From Nanoarchaeota archaeon SCGC AAA011-D5 (GTDB taxonomy: Archaea > Nanobdellota > Nanobdellia > Pacearchaeales > GW2011-AR1): DNA of 64,000 bases. The notes below the pieces were generated by a model that was not told the origin of the DNA, did not search any database, and worked only from the letters and a program-made list of their open reading frames with translations. Of the stretch, positions 52,946 through 62,134 are shown in pieces; position 1 is the stretch's first letter; each line of letters opens with the position of its first letter. The position numbers were made by a program, and so were the translations under genes. Location of the stretch: the NCBI GenBank assembly GCA_000405225.1, contig ASMP01000001.1, forward strand, positions 892-64,891, written 5' to 3'.

Positions 52946-54700
52946 CTACTCCACAACAGCTTTTATTCTTCTAATTCCTGCTGCAATGGCTTCTTCCTTG
53001 ATTATCTTTAATCTGCCAATTTCCCTAGTATTTTTTACATGCGGGCCTGTACAAATCTCTCTTGAAAAATCTCCGATTGAATACACAGAAACAATTTCAG
53101 GATATTTTGCACCGAATTCTGCCTGGGCGCCAGATTTTAATGCATCTTTTAATTTCATTTCATTGCTAATGACCGGTAAACCCTGTTTGATTTTATCATT
53201 AACTAAATTTTCCACTTTTGAAATCTCCCCATCCGTCAGTTTTCTCGAGAAACTGAAATCAAACCTTAAGCGCTCAGGCGTTATGTTGGAGCCTCTTTGC
53301 TTCACTTCGGGACCTAGAACAGCACGCAATGCCTGATTTAATAAGTGGGTTGCAGTATGAAGACGTGTTGTTGCGACTGAATGGTCTGCTAGGCCGGATT
53401 TGAAAATACCAGCAGAAGTTTTTCTTGATAGCTCTTGGTGTTTTTTTAGTTCTTCTTCGAAGCCCTTCATATCTAATTTGATTCCTCTTTCTTTTGCGAT
53501 TTCTTCTGTTAACTCTACAGGAAATCCGTAACTCTGATAAAGAAGAAATGCCTGCTTGCCGGATAAAGATTTTCCATTGGCAATTTCATTAAACACATTC
53601 AGCCCTGCTTGAAGAGTCTTGTTGAATTTTTCTTCTTCTTCTGTTAAGTCTTTTAATATTTTTTTTCTGTTGCTTCTTAAATCCATGTAATCATGATAAA
53701 CTTCAAAAACAGGCAATGCCACTTCACCAGTGAAATTTTTCAGGCCTAAATTCCTTCCAAATCTTACAGTTCTTCTTATCAGTCTCCTTAGGACATAACC
53801 CTGGCCAATATTGCTTGGTAAAACACCTTCAGCAGTGATGAAAACAGCAGCTTTGATATGGTCAGCGATTATTCTCATTGTCTTTTCATTGCCTTTGTAT
53901 TTTTTTCCGGAAAGACGTTCAATCCTTTTTATGATAGGAAGAAAAACCTCTGTCATGTAATCATCATTCAAGCCATTCAGGACAGCAAGGGTTCTTTCAA
54001 CACCCATTCCGGTGTCAACGTTTTTCTGTTGCAAAGGGAGGAATTTTCCATCTGATGTTTTGTTGTATTGCATGAAAACATCATTCCAGATTTCCAGCTC
54101 TTTTCCAGAGCTGTCTTTTATAAACATCTCTGTGTCTGGTCCGCAAGGCCCTGTTTTTCCTGCAGGCCCCCACCAGTTATCTTCTTTTCCAAGGAACCTT
54201 ATTTTCTTGATTCCAAGAGATTGCCAGGCATCAGCAGATTCTGTGTCCCGCGGGACACTTAAAGATTTGTCCCCTTTAAAGCAGGCCACTGATATTTTTT
54301 TGGAATCAATGCCAAGGATTTTTGTCAAAAACTCAAAACTCATTTCTATGGCTTCTTTTTTCCAGTAATCTCCAAGGCTCCAGTTGCCAAGCATTTCAAA
54401 AAAAGTATGATGGAAAGCGTCTCCCACAGAATCTATGTCTGTTGTTCTAATACACCTTTGATTGCCCGCCAGTCTTTTTCCAAAAGTATGCCTCTGTCCC
54501 AAGAGATAAGGAACAAGGGGGTGCATGCCCGCTGTCGTGAAAAGAACTGTTGGATCATTCTTGGGTATCAGGCTTTCATTTGGTATGATTTTGTGCCCCT
54601 TAAAACGAAAAAATTCAAGATACTTTTCAATCAACTGTTTCCTGGTTATCATCTGCTTTGAAAGGAATGGTGTTTTTAAAAAGTATTTGATTAGAACCAC
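52946..54700 (-). CDS. alaS: alanine--tRNA ligase, bacterial type, lacking the C-Ala domain
   Basis: FLEFFRFKGH, DPTVLFTTAGM, FFEMLGNWSLGDYWK, editing-domain metal motifs HTATHLL and CTGPH. The protein ends right after the editing domain; likely start ATG 54652 (MITRKQL). Confidence 0.9.
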   Translation of the reverse strand: MVLIKYFLKTPFLSKQMITRKQLIEKYLEFFRFKGHKIIPNESLIPKNDPTVLFTTAGMHPLVPYLLGQRHTFGKRLAGNQRCIRTTDIDSVGDAFHHTFFEMLGNWSLGDYWKKEAIEMSFEFLTKILGIDSKKISVACFKGDKSLSVPRDTESADAWQSLGIKKIRFLGKEDNWWGPAGKTGPCGPDTEMFIKDSSGKELEIWNDVFMQYNKTSDGKFLPLQQKNVDTGMGVERTLAVLNGLNDDYMTEVFLPIIKRIERLSGKKYKGNEKTMRIIADHIKAAVFITAEGVLPSNIGQGYVLRRLIRRTVRFGRNLGLKNFTGEVALPVFEVYHDYMDLRSNRKKILKDLTEEEEKFNKTLQAGLNVFNEIANGKSLSGKQAFLLYQSYGFPVELTEEIAKERGIKLDMKGFEEELKKHQELSRKTSAGIFKSGLADHSVATTRLHTATHLLNQALRAVLGPEVKQRGSNITPERLRFDFSFSRKLTDGEISKVENLVNDKIKQGLPVISNEMKLKDALKSGAQAEFGAKYPEIVSVYSIGDFSREICTGPHVKNTREIGRLKIIKEEAIAAGIRRIKAVVE

Positions 54701-54770
54701 TCCGTTAATAAATGAAACCGTGCTTAACTGAATTATATAATCATGACTTTTAAAATACAGGCTCTTCTAT

Positions 54771-55148
54771 TCAGATGTTCTGTCTTTGCAATTCAGTGAG
54801 CCTTCTCTGTATCTCTCTTAACTGGGATTCTATGTCCCCTTCGCCACCTTTGCCATATGGCATGCTTTTTGTTTCCTGGCTTTTTTCGATTAGCTCTTTC
54901 CTTTTTATTATCTTTGGAATTTTTAGGCTTGGGAGAAGGCTCTGCAGCTTTCTTATTTTTGCCTTCACTTCTTTCATTTTTCCATATAACCTTGCTTTAA
55001 GCCTAAGTTCTTCCATTCTTATTTCCCCGTATTTTGCGATTCTTTTCGCAACCTTCAAAGAACCCAGTTCCGAATAAAGAATACCTCTTTTAGCCTTCAA
55101 AGCTTCCATATAATCCAGCCTTATATGTATGACATTTTCAGAAGACAT
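54771..55148 (-). CDS. hypothetical coiled-coil protein
   Basis: Heptad-rich basic ORF. ATG 55148 lies 1 nt after the stop of the upstream ORF (TAA-A-ATG); the ORF track extends to 55187. Confidence 0.4.
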   Translation of the reverse strand: MSSENVIHIRLDYMEALKAKRGILYSELGSLKVAKRIAKYGEIRMEELRLKARLYGKMKEVKAKIRKLQSLLPSLKIPKIIKRKELIEKSQETKSMPYGKGGEGDIESQLREIQRRLTELQRQNI

Positions 55149-55149
55149 T

Positions 55150-55713
55150 TTATACCTTGGAGAAAATATCTCTTCCCATTCTTTCAATTTCCATTTTCAT
55201 CCTCTTTAATTCATCTTCCCAGGAACGCAGCTCTGCCTCTTCTTTCTCCTTCAATCCCCTGGTTTCTGCTAAAGCTCTCTCTATTTCAGATATCTGGTTT
55301 TTTATCCCCTCAAAAATCCTTAGCCCCTCCTCAAACCTGTCTATCCTTACAAATAAGGGTTCTGCCTCTTGCTTAAAACTCATCTTTTCTTCCCTCTCGG
55401 GAAACTCTCTCATCTCTCTTTCATCTATTTCTTCTGATAAAGGTTTTCTCAAAGGCCCACGCATCATCCTCATCTTATCGTCAGGAGATTCGTCTGCGTA
55501 GAAATCCCCTTCACCTCTTTCCCCAGAAACTGCGTCTTTTATACTATCACGGGAAAATTTCTTTCCGATAGAATTTGAAGGGAAACTCGGAAGCTGATGA
55601 ATTGTTTTATCCGCAGCAAGTCCCATATAAGGAAACTCGGGAAGCCTTGGAAGTTTTGGCAATGAAGGAATCTCAGTTTCACTCTTTTTCTCTTTTTTGC
55701 CAAACAATCCCAT
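55150..55713 (-). CDS. hypothetical protein (Pro-rich N-terminus, coiled-coil C-terminus)
   Basis: 187-aa ORF; MGLFGKKEKK...LPKLPRLPEFP N-terminus, C-terminal PLFVRIDRFEEGLRIFEGIKNQISEIERAL...WEDELKRMKMEIERM. Confidence 0.45.
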   Translation of the reverse strand: MGLFGKKEKKSETEIPSLPKLPRLPEFPYMGLAADKTIHQLPSFPSNSIGKKFSRDSIKDAVSGERGEGDFYADESPDDKMRMMRGPLRKPLSEEIDEREMREFPEREEKMSFKQEAEPLFVRIDRFEEGLRIFEGIKNQISEIERALAETRGLKEKEEAELRSWEDELKRMKMEIERMGRDIFSKV

Positions 55714-55892
55714 TTTTTCTATATATATTTTGAGATATATATAAAATACAATACAGGTTTAAAAACTTATTTACCATAAAGACTAATTAACACACCAGAG
55801 AATTACCATATTTACTGAAACCGAGGCAAACCCCACATCACTTGACAAAAGTTGACCGAAAGGTATTTATTTGAACCTAATTTAATGATAAA

Positions 55893-56603
55893 ATGTTAAA
55901 AAATTTGCTAAAAGAAGTAATCTCCTTAGTCGCCGGAAAACAGGCTGAGGACATAATAAATATTCTTGATACACAAAAATATATCAATGAGTTTGTAATA
56001 GCTAAAAAACTGAACCTTACTATAAACCAGGCAAGAAATATTCTGTATAAAATTTCTGACCATGGCCTGGTTTCTTCTATAAGAAAAAAAGATAAAAGAA
56101 AAGGATGGTACACTTATTTCTGGAAGATAGAAATTCTGAAATCTCTGGAGTTTCTTAGGGAAAATTTGCTCAAGAAAATAGAAAACACAGAACACCAGAT
56201 GAAGAGCAGAGAGACAAAAAGATTCTATGTCTGTCCGAGATGCCATATAGAGCTCAGCGAAGAAAATGCCCTGATTAACAACTTTACCTGTAACGAATGC
56301 GGCTCGATATTGGTTCTTAAAGACAACACTAAATTAATAAAAGATTTAAGAAAAAATAAAGAAAGACTTGAAAAAGATTTAGGGATAGTCAAGGAGGAAA
56401 TACTGAAGGAAAAGGAGAAGGAGGAAAAAAAGAGGATAAAAGAAATAAAAAAGGAAAAAAGAAAAACAAAAAGGAAATCACAGATTTCCAAGCTTTCTAA
56501 ATGGAAAATAAAAAAAGGACAAAGTTCAAATCTAAAAAAATTAAAAAACACAAAACCAAAAAAAACAAAAGGAAGAAAAAAGACCTCCAAAAAAAGAAGA
56601 TAA
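55893..56603 (+). CDS. tfe: transcription factor E (TFE alpha) with Lys-rich C-terminal tail
   Basis: Winged helix (EFVIAKKLNLTINQARNILYKISDHGLVSSIRKKDKRKGWYTYFWKI), zinc ribbon CPRCH...CNECGS, then a K-rich tail. Confidence 0.8.
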   Translation: MLKNLLKEVISLVAGKQAEDIINILDTQKYINEFVIAKKLNLTINQARNILYKISDHGLVSSIRKKDKRKGWYTYFWKIEILKSLEFLRENLLKKIENTEHQMKSRETKRFYVCPRCHIELSEENALINNFTCNECGSILVLKDNTKLIKDLRKNKERLEKDLGIVKEEILKEKEKEEKKRIKEIKKEKRKTKRKSQISKLSKWKIKKGQSSNLKKLKNTKPKKTKGRKKTSKKRR

Positions 56604-57272
56604 ATGACCAGGAACTATAGAATTTACGAAAGAAATGCAGGTTTTTTTAGCTCCCTTAGCGTAACTTCTATTCTTATTTTGATAAATATTATGGCCTTTA
56701 TTTTTTTCCTGGTTTTGCTAAGTTCAGAAACCATCTCTCTGGATTTTGTTGCCATTAAACCGTCGAATATTCTTCAAGGAAACTATTTGTGGACTTTCAT
56801 TACAAGCATGTTCATGCATGCGGGATTTTTTCATCTTCTTGTTAATATGCTTTCTCTCCTTTTTATAGGGTCTTTCATTGAAAGGATTCTCGGAAAGAGG
56901 AGATATTTTTGGTTTTACATAGTCTCCGGTTTATTTGCTGGCCTTTTCTTTGTCCTTTCATCTATGATTTTTGTCGGCGATATAGATACATTTGCGGTAG
57001 GCGCTTCAGGAGCTTTATTTGGCATTGCTGGTTTAATGGTCATATTAACACCAAATATGCCCCTATACCTCATGTTTATTCCAATTCCCATCAAAGCAAA
57101 ATACGCAATACCGGGAATGCTTGCCGTTCTTTGGCTTATTTCTGTTACTGCAGGAGTCCCCATAGGAAACACCGCACACCTTGGAGGGCTTTTGGCAGGA
57201 GTTGTTTATGGAATCTATCTTAAAAATAAATACAGGAGAAAAACAGAATACATAAGCAGGTCCTTTAGATGA
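56604..57272 (+). CDS. rhomboid family intramembrane serine protease
   Basis: FFHLLVNMLSL (HxxxN), catalytic GASGALFG, AHLGG; six TM helices. Confidence 0.85.
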   Translation: MTRNYRIYERNAGFFSSLSVTSILILINIMAFIFFLVLLSSETISLDFVAIKPSNILQGNYLWTFITSMFMHAGFFHLLVNMLSLLFIGSFIERILGKRRYFWFYIVSGLFAGLFFVLSSMIFVGDIDTFAVGASGALFGIAGLMVILTPNMPLYLMFIPIPIKAKYAIPGMLAVLWLISVTAGVPIGNTAHLGGLLAGVVYGIYLKNKYRRKTEYISRSFR

Positions 57273-57862
57273 TAAAAAATAAAAGAAAGGGGTTTTTTAG
57301 AGAAAATTATAGGGAAAGCATAGGTTACATAAAAGATTCCAGAAATTTCATCTATTCAATAATGATTATTTTTTTATCCTTTTCTTTTATAGGCTTCTTT
57401 GTCCCTGCTCCGCCTATGCTTGAGGCAAGGATTCTTGAATTTATTGAGGAGTTGCTTAGAAAAACAGGCGGGCTGTCTCAGTTAGAACTAATTAAATTCA
57501 TATTTTTTAACAATATTCAGAGCAGTTTTATTGGAATGCTTTTCGGAATTATCCTTGGGATCTTTCCGGTAATTGCCGCAGTGGCAAACGGATATCTCCT
57601 CGGTTTTGTTGCAGAAAAAACAGCGGAAGCAGAGGGGATTTCTATCCTCTGGAGGATTTTTCCGCACGGAATATTTGAGCTTCCTGCCCTCTTTATCTCC
57701 TTGGGACTCGGGTTAAAAATAGGAACTTTTATATTAAAAAAAAATAAGCTAAAAACCCTTGCCATCTATCTTTTAAAATCAATAAAAGTTTTCTTTTATA
57801 TAGTTGTTCCTCTTCTTATAATAGCAGCGGTAATAGAGGGGAGTCTGATTTTCTTATTTTAG
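57269..57862 (+). CDS. SpoIIM-family integral membrane protein
   Basis: IFPHGIFELPA motif and TM layout of the stage II sporulation protein M / DUF95 family; 4-nt overlap with the rhomboid gene. Confidence 0.7.
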   Translation: MIKNKRKGFFRENYRESIGYIKDSRNFIYSIMIIFLSFSFIGFFVPAPPMLEARILEFIEELLRKTGGLSQLELIKFIFFNNIQSSFIGMLFGIILGIFPVIAAVANGYLLGFVAEKTAEAEGISILWRIFPHGIFELPALFISLGLGLKIGTFILKKNKLKTLAIYLLKSIKVFFYIVVPLLIIAAVIEGSLIFLF

Positions 57863-57899
57863 GTTAACAATTATTTTCCGGGATTTGGAAATCCAAAGA

Positions 57900-58133
57900 T
57901 TATTCCCTTAGGTCATTTATCCCAAGGAGAATTAGGAGCAGAGCTATTATTATTACTAACCAGAAAATCCCACCCTTCAGAAAAATCCACGCAGCATGCA
58001 AAAGATTAAAGTCCTTTCCAAATAAAAGCCAGGAATAGGCAGAAGATGCCCAGGCTGCCAATATGGCCCCAACGAGAAGAAGTACACCAACAAAAAGCTC
58101 CAGCCACTTATTCATTTTAATAGAAGAAAGCAC
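57900..58133 (-). CDS. small membrane protein (two TM helices)
   Basis: 77-aa ORF; likely ATG at 58115 (MNKWLELFVGVLLLVGAILAAW). Confidence 0.35.
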   Translation of the reverse strand: MLSSIKMNKWLELFVGVLLLVGAILAAWASSAYSWLLFGKDFNLLHAAWIFLKGGIFWLVIIIALLLILLGINDLRE

Positions 58134-58326
58134 TTATTTAAAAAGATTATGCCTAAAAAATACATACTTTAAAAATCAATTTAAGATAGTTTTATAAATC
58201 CGCCATTTTTATGAAAAACATGAATGTTGAGATTTTGGAAAGTTTACCGATTCCCGTTTACTAATATAATTATAATTTTCATTCTATTAGTTTTTCTCTT
58301 AAATTAAAACAAACGTATAGCTTAAA

Positions 58327-59328
58327 ATGAAAAAAATAACAGAAAAGGAAAAAGAAGAAATTGCAAGGAAAAACCTGTTCAGGGAAGGAGAAGAAATTTC
58401 AGGCGTAGCTATTAGGGGGTATGATTTTAGCTCAGGCCCTGATTACGGAAAAATTGTCAGCAGTTTCCACGGAAGCGGTTTTCAGGCGACCAATCTTGCT
58501 AAGGCGATTGAAATTATCAACAGAATGATTGCGGAAAAGGCAAAAATTTACTTCGGATATACTTCAAATATTGTCAGCTCGGGATTGAGGGAAACGGTAA
58601 AGTTTCTTGTTAAAAATAAAAAAGTTGACATATGCGTCACAACCGGGGGAGGGATTGAAGAAGACATAATAAAATGTCTCGGAGATTTTATTCTTGGGGA
58701 TTTCAGGGCAAAAGGCTCCGACTTAAAAGCCCGTTCAGTAAACAGGATTGGAAATATTTTTGTTCCAAATTCAAGATATGTGAAATTTGAAAAATTTGTT
58801 ATGCCAATTCTTGAAGAGCTTTATCACGAACAAAAATCAAGAGGGAAACCGTTTACAACATATGAAATTGTCTGGAAACTTGGCGAGAGAATTGGCAATG
58901 AAAGAAGCATTTGCTACTGGGCATGGAAAAATAAAATAAAGATACATTGCCTGACTATTATGGACGGAAGTCTTGGCGATATGATTTATTTCTTTAAGCA
59001 CAAACATGAGGATTTCGTTATTGACATTTCTGAGGACGTTAAAGAACTCAATAATTCTACAATAGGATTGGATAAATCAGGGGTCATAATTCTTGGTGCA
59101 GGAGTAGTGAAACACAGCATCCTCAATGCAAACATGTACAGGAATGGAGCAGATTATGCTGTTTATATCAACAATGCACATGAGTTTGACGGAAGTGATG
59201 CCGGGGCTCTGCCTGAAGAAGCTGTTTCATGGGGGAAACTGACCCCTGAAAGCAAAAGAATAAAAGTATTTGGGGATGCAACCATATTGTTTCCGATAGT
59301 TGTCGCCGAGACCTTTGCCAAAAAATAA
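58327..59328 (+). CDS. dys: deoxyhypusine synthase
   Basis: TSNIVSSGLRE, TTGGGIEEDIIK, DGSLGD, GAGVVKH, DGSDAGALPEEAVSWGK motifs. Confidence 0.9.
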   Translation: MKKITEKEKEEIARKNLFREGEEISGVAIRGYDFSSGPDYGKIVSSFHGSGFQATNLAKAIEIINRMIAEKAKIYFGYTSNIVSSGLRETVKFLVKNKKVDICVTTGGGIEEDIIKCLGDFILGDFRAKGSDLKARSVNRIGNIFVPNSRYVKFEKFVMPILEELYHEQKSRGKPFTTYEIVWKLGERIGNERSICYWAWKNKIKIHCLTIMDGSLGDMIYFFKHKHEDFVIDISEDVKELNNSTIGLDKSGVIILGAGVVKHSILNANMYRNGADYAVYINNAHEFDGSDAGALPEEAVSWGKLTPESKRIKVFGDATILFPIVVAETFAKK

Positions 59329-59358
59329 TTTCCCTTTCCCATAAAAATTTATATATGT

Positions 59359-60543
59359 GTGATATTTTTAACTTCCATGGCAGATGAGGGGATAAGACAG
59401 ATAAAAGAGGATAAAAATCCCGGAATAGTCTTTCTGGAAGAAGAGCATCCAGATACCTCTATTTTAATTAAAGACAGCATGAAAAAAAATAGTGGAAATA
59501 TTGAAGAAACCGAAAAGGAAATAGGCCATCTTGGTGTTTTAAAGATTTTTTCTCCAGGAACAGCTATAAGGACAGCTCTCGATGATATCTCAAGAGCGCG
59601 AATGGGTGCATTGATAGTTGTTGAAAAAGAAGGCCTTTCGGAAGTAGTTGAGGGCGGGTTCAGAGTGAACTGCAAATTCAGCGCCCAGAAACTTGTGGAA
59701 CTGGCGAAAATGGACGGCGCCATAATTCTTTCCCGGGATCTGAAGAAAATTTTATATGCAAATACCCTCCTAACACCAAGCACTAAAATTCCTACTAAGG
59801 AGACAGGAACAAGGCACAAGGCAGCAGAAAGAACCGCGAAGCAATTTGGAACAATAGTTATTGCCGTCTCTGAAAGAAGAAATAAAATAACTATCTTTTT
59901 CAAAGATGAAGGACACCTTCTGGAAAAAACCTCTGAAATCTTAAGGAGAGCCGCGGAAACTCTGCAGATACTGGAAAAACAAAAGGATATCTTCAATGAC
60001 CTTATCTCCCATTTAAATGTGCTGGAAATTACTAACCTTACAACGACGAGAGATGTTTGCAGCGTTTTACAGACCATGGAGAATGTAAGGAGAATTTCTG
60101 AAAACGTAAAAAGATATCTAATAGAATTAGGTAAAGAAGGGACCATAGTCAGTATGAGGCTAAAAGAACTCACGAAAAATCTCGGAAGTGAAAGGGAGCT
60201 GCTGCTGAAAGATTATTTTGCACAGAGACATTCAAAAGCAAACGAAATATTAAAAAATGTTAATTTTGATTTTTTATTAGAAACCTCTAATATATCCAGG
60301 ATATTGTTCGGAGAAATGAATGATAAACCCGTTTCCCCAAGAGGACTGAGAATCCTGAATAAAACAAATCTCCTTGAAAAGGACATAAAAACATTACTTG
60401 ACACTTTTGGAAGTCTGGAAAAAGCATTCGATTCAGACAGGGAAACGCTTGCAAGCATATTCAAAAATGAGAACCTCATTAATTCAATAACCAGAGACTT
60501 GAAAAATTTAAAGGAGAAAATTTTAGTAGGAAAAAGTCTCTAG
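59359..60543 (+). CDS. disA: DisA-type diadenylate cyclase (DAC domain + helical linker + HhH-like C-terminus)
   Basis: DAC motifs GALIVVEKEG, DGAIILS, GTRHKAAERTAKQFGTIVIAVSERRNKITIF; C-terminal LLDTFGSLEKAFDSDRETLASI resembles the DisA helix-hairpin-helix; likely ATG 59377. Confidence 0.8.
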   Translation: MIFLTSMADEGIRQIKEDKNPGIVFLEEEHPDTSILIKDSMKKNSGNIEETEKEIGHLGVLKIFSPGTAIRTALDDISRARMGALIVVEKEGLSEVVEGGFRVNCKFSAQKLVELAKMDGAIILSRDLKKILYANTLLTPSTKIPTKETGTRHKAAERTAKQFGTIVIAVSERRNKITIFFKDEGHLLEKTSEILRRAAETLQILEKQKDIFNDLISHLNVLEITNLTTTRDVCSVLQTMENVRRISENVKRYLIELGKEGTIVSMRLKELTKNLGSERELLLKDYFAQRHSKANEILKNVNFDFLLETSNISRILFGEMNDKPVSPRGLRILNKTNLLEKDIKTLLDTFGSLEKAFDSDRETLASIFKNENLINSITRDLKNLKEKILVGKSL

Positions 60544-60549
60544 TTAATT

Positions 60550-61650
60550 TTGATGATAAAAACCTTTATTAACAATTTTTATATACCGGTCTTTCGAATT
60601 AAATCAATGCTAACAAGAATACAGGTTAAAGAAATAAAAGAGCATCTGGAAAAATCACAAAACCCTCTTTTTTTCTTTGATAATGATCAGGACGGCCTGT
60701 GCTCATTCCTGCTCCTCCAAAGATGGCTTGGGAGAGGCAAAGGAGTTCCCATAAAATCTTTTCCCGATTTAATTCCTGAATACTTCAGAAAAGTAAAGGA
60801 ATTGGGGGCAGATTATGTGTTTGTACTTGACAAACCGCTGATTTCAAAAGGCTTTTTTGAAGAAATAAGAAAGGTAAATATTCCTGTGGTATGGATAGAT
60901 CACCATACCATTGACTGGACCCTTATTCCTCAATTTGTAAATTATTACAATCCCCTCTTAAACAAAAAAAAGAGCAACGAGCCTATTACAGCTCTTTGTT
61001 ATCAAATAACAAAAAGAAAAGAGGACATATGGATTGCCATGGTAGGATGCATTTCAGACGGATTTGTTCCTTATTTTTACACGGATTTTGAAAAAAAATA
61101 TTCTGATTTATCCACAAACTCTATGGAAGCATTCGATCTCCTTTATAAATCCCAAATAGGAAAGATAGCCAGAATATTAAGCTTTGGCCTTAAAGACAGA
61201 ACAACCAACGTAATAAACATGCTGAAATTTTTGATAAAAGCTAAAAGTCCCTATGAGGTTCTTGAAGAAAATTCTAAGAACAGCTCCTTTCATAAAAGAT
61301 TCAACCAGGTTAATGCAAGATATACAAGACTTTTGAACAAAGCCATAATCCTCGGAAAAAAAGCAGACAGAATTCTCTTTTTTCAGTATGGAGGAGACTT
61401 AAGCATAAGTTCTGAATTGTCGAATAATTTAAGCTATATTTTCAGGGATAAATTAATTGTTGTAGCTTATGTAAAAGGAGCAAAGACAAATATCTCGACA
61501 AGGGGTGAAAAAATACGAGAAGCTTTTTTAAAATCTATAGAGGGTCTTGAAGGCGCGATAGGCGGCGGCCATGAAAACGCTGTTGGTGGCCAGATTAAGA
61601 CAGAAGATATTGAAAAATTCAGGGAAAATCTCAAAAAGATTTTAAATTAG
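60550..61650 (+). CDS. DHH/DHHA1 family phosphoesterase (candidate nanoRNase or c-di-AMP phosphodiesterase)
   Basis: FFFDNDQDGLCS (DxD), VLDKP, WIDHHT (DHH), DHHA1 GGGHENAVGG; 6 nt downstream of disA; likely ATG 60607. Confidence 0.75.
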   Translation: MMIKTFINNFYIPVFRIKSMLTRIQVKEIKEHLEKSQNPLFFFDNDQDGLCSFLLLQRWLGRGKGVPIKSFPDLIPEYFRKVKELGADYVFVLDKPLISKGFFEEIRKVNIPVVWIDHHTIDWTLIPQFVNYYNPLLNKKKSNEPITALCYQITKRKEDIWIAMVGCISDGFVPYFYTDFEKKYSDLSTNSMEAFDLLYKSQIGKIARILSFGLKDRTTNVINMLKFLIKAKSPYEVLEENSKNSSFHKRFNQVNARYTRLLNKAIILGKKADRILFFQYGGDLSISSELSNNLSYIFRDKLIVVAYVKGAKTNISTRGEKIREAFLKSIEGLEGAIGGGHENAVGGQIKTEDIEKFRENLKKILN

Positions 61651-62134
61651 TTCTAGCGATGCTGATTTAACGAGAACTTGGAAAAATCTTGAAAAATACA
61701 TTTCCAAAAAAATAACACTCCAGAACAGAAATATATAAAAAGCATTTTTTCTTAAAAAAGCAATGAGTGCCGAGTTTAGTCGCGGTGATGAAAAGTGTAG
61801 ACCCCAATTTGCTGTTTGGGACGCTGCTATGTTTGCACTCAAAAACATAAAATCAATTAAATACAACAATTCGATTTAATTCAGAGTTCTTTTAGACCTG
61901 GATTGGATTGAATATATTTCTTATTTAATTTACTTCGGGTTTGAGGGAAATTCTGTTTTATCTCTGAATTCACGAATATAAAAAGGAAAATGGAAAATGT
62001 AGTGAAAGTGACCGAAGAAACCCGTGTCCAGAGAGAGCTAAATCTCTTACTGGAAATGACCTTGAAAATGGAACACGAGCTCAGTGTCGCATTACTCTCT
62101 GAAGAATAAGGTTTTGTGATTTTATGGCTTGGGG

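Noticed and set aside
59349-60173. 274-aa ORF on the minus strand opposite the disA gene
   Set aside because: It is fully antisense to a CDS with clear DAC-domain motifs. Its translation is low-complexity and Ser/Leu/Phe-rich with no motif, so it is a typical shadow ORF.
61764-61841. tRNA or C/D-box sRNA interpretation of the 78-nt hairpin
   Set aside because: It has a 7-bp terminal stem and tRNA-like length, but no GG D-loop, no T-loop consensus and no proper anticodon arm. It has a GTGATGA C-box-like motif but no CTGA D box near the 3-prime end.
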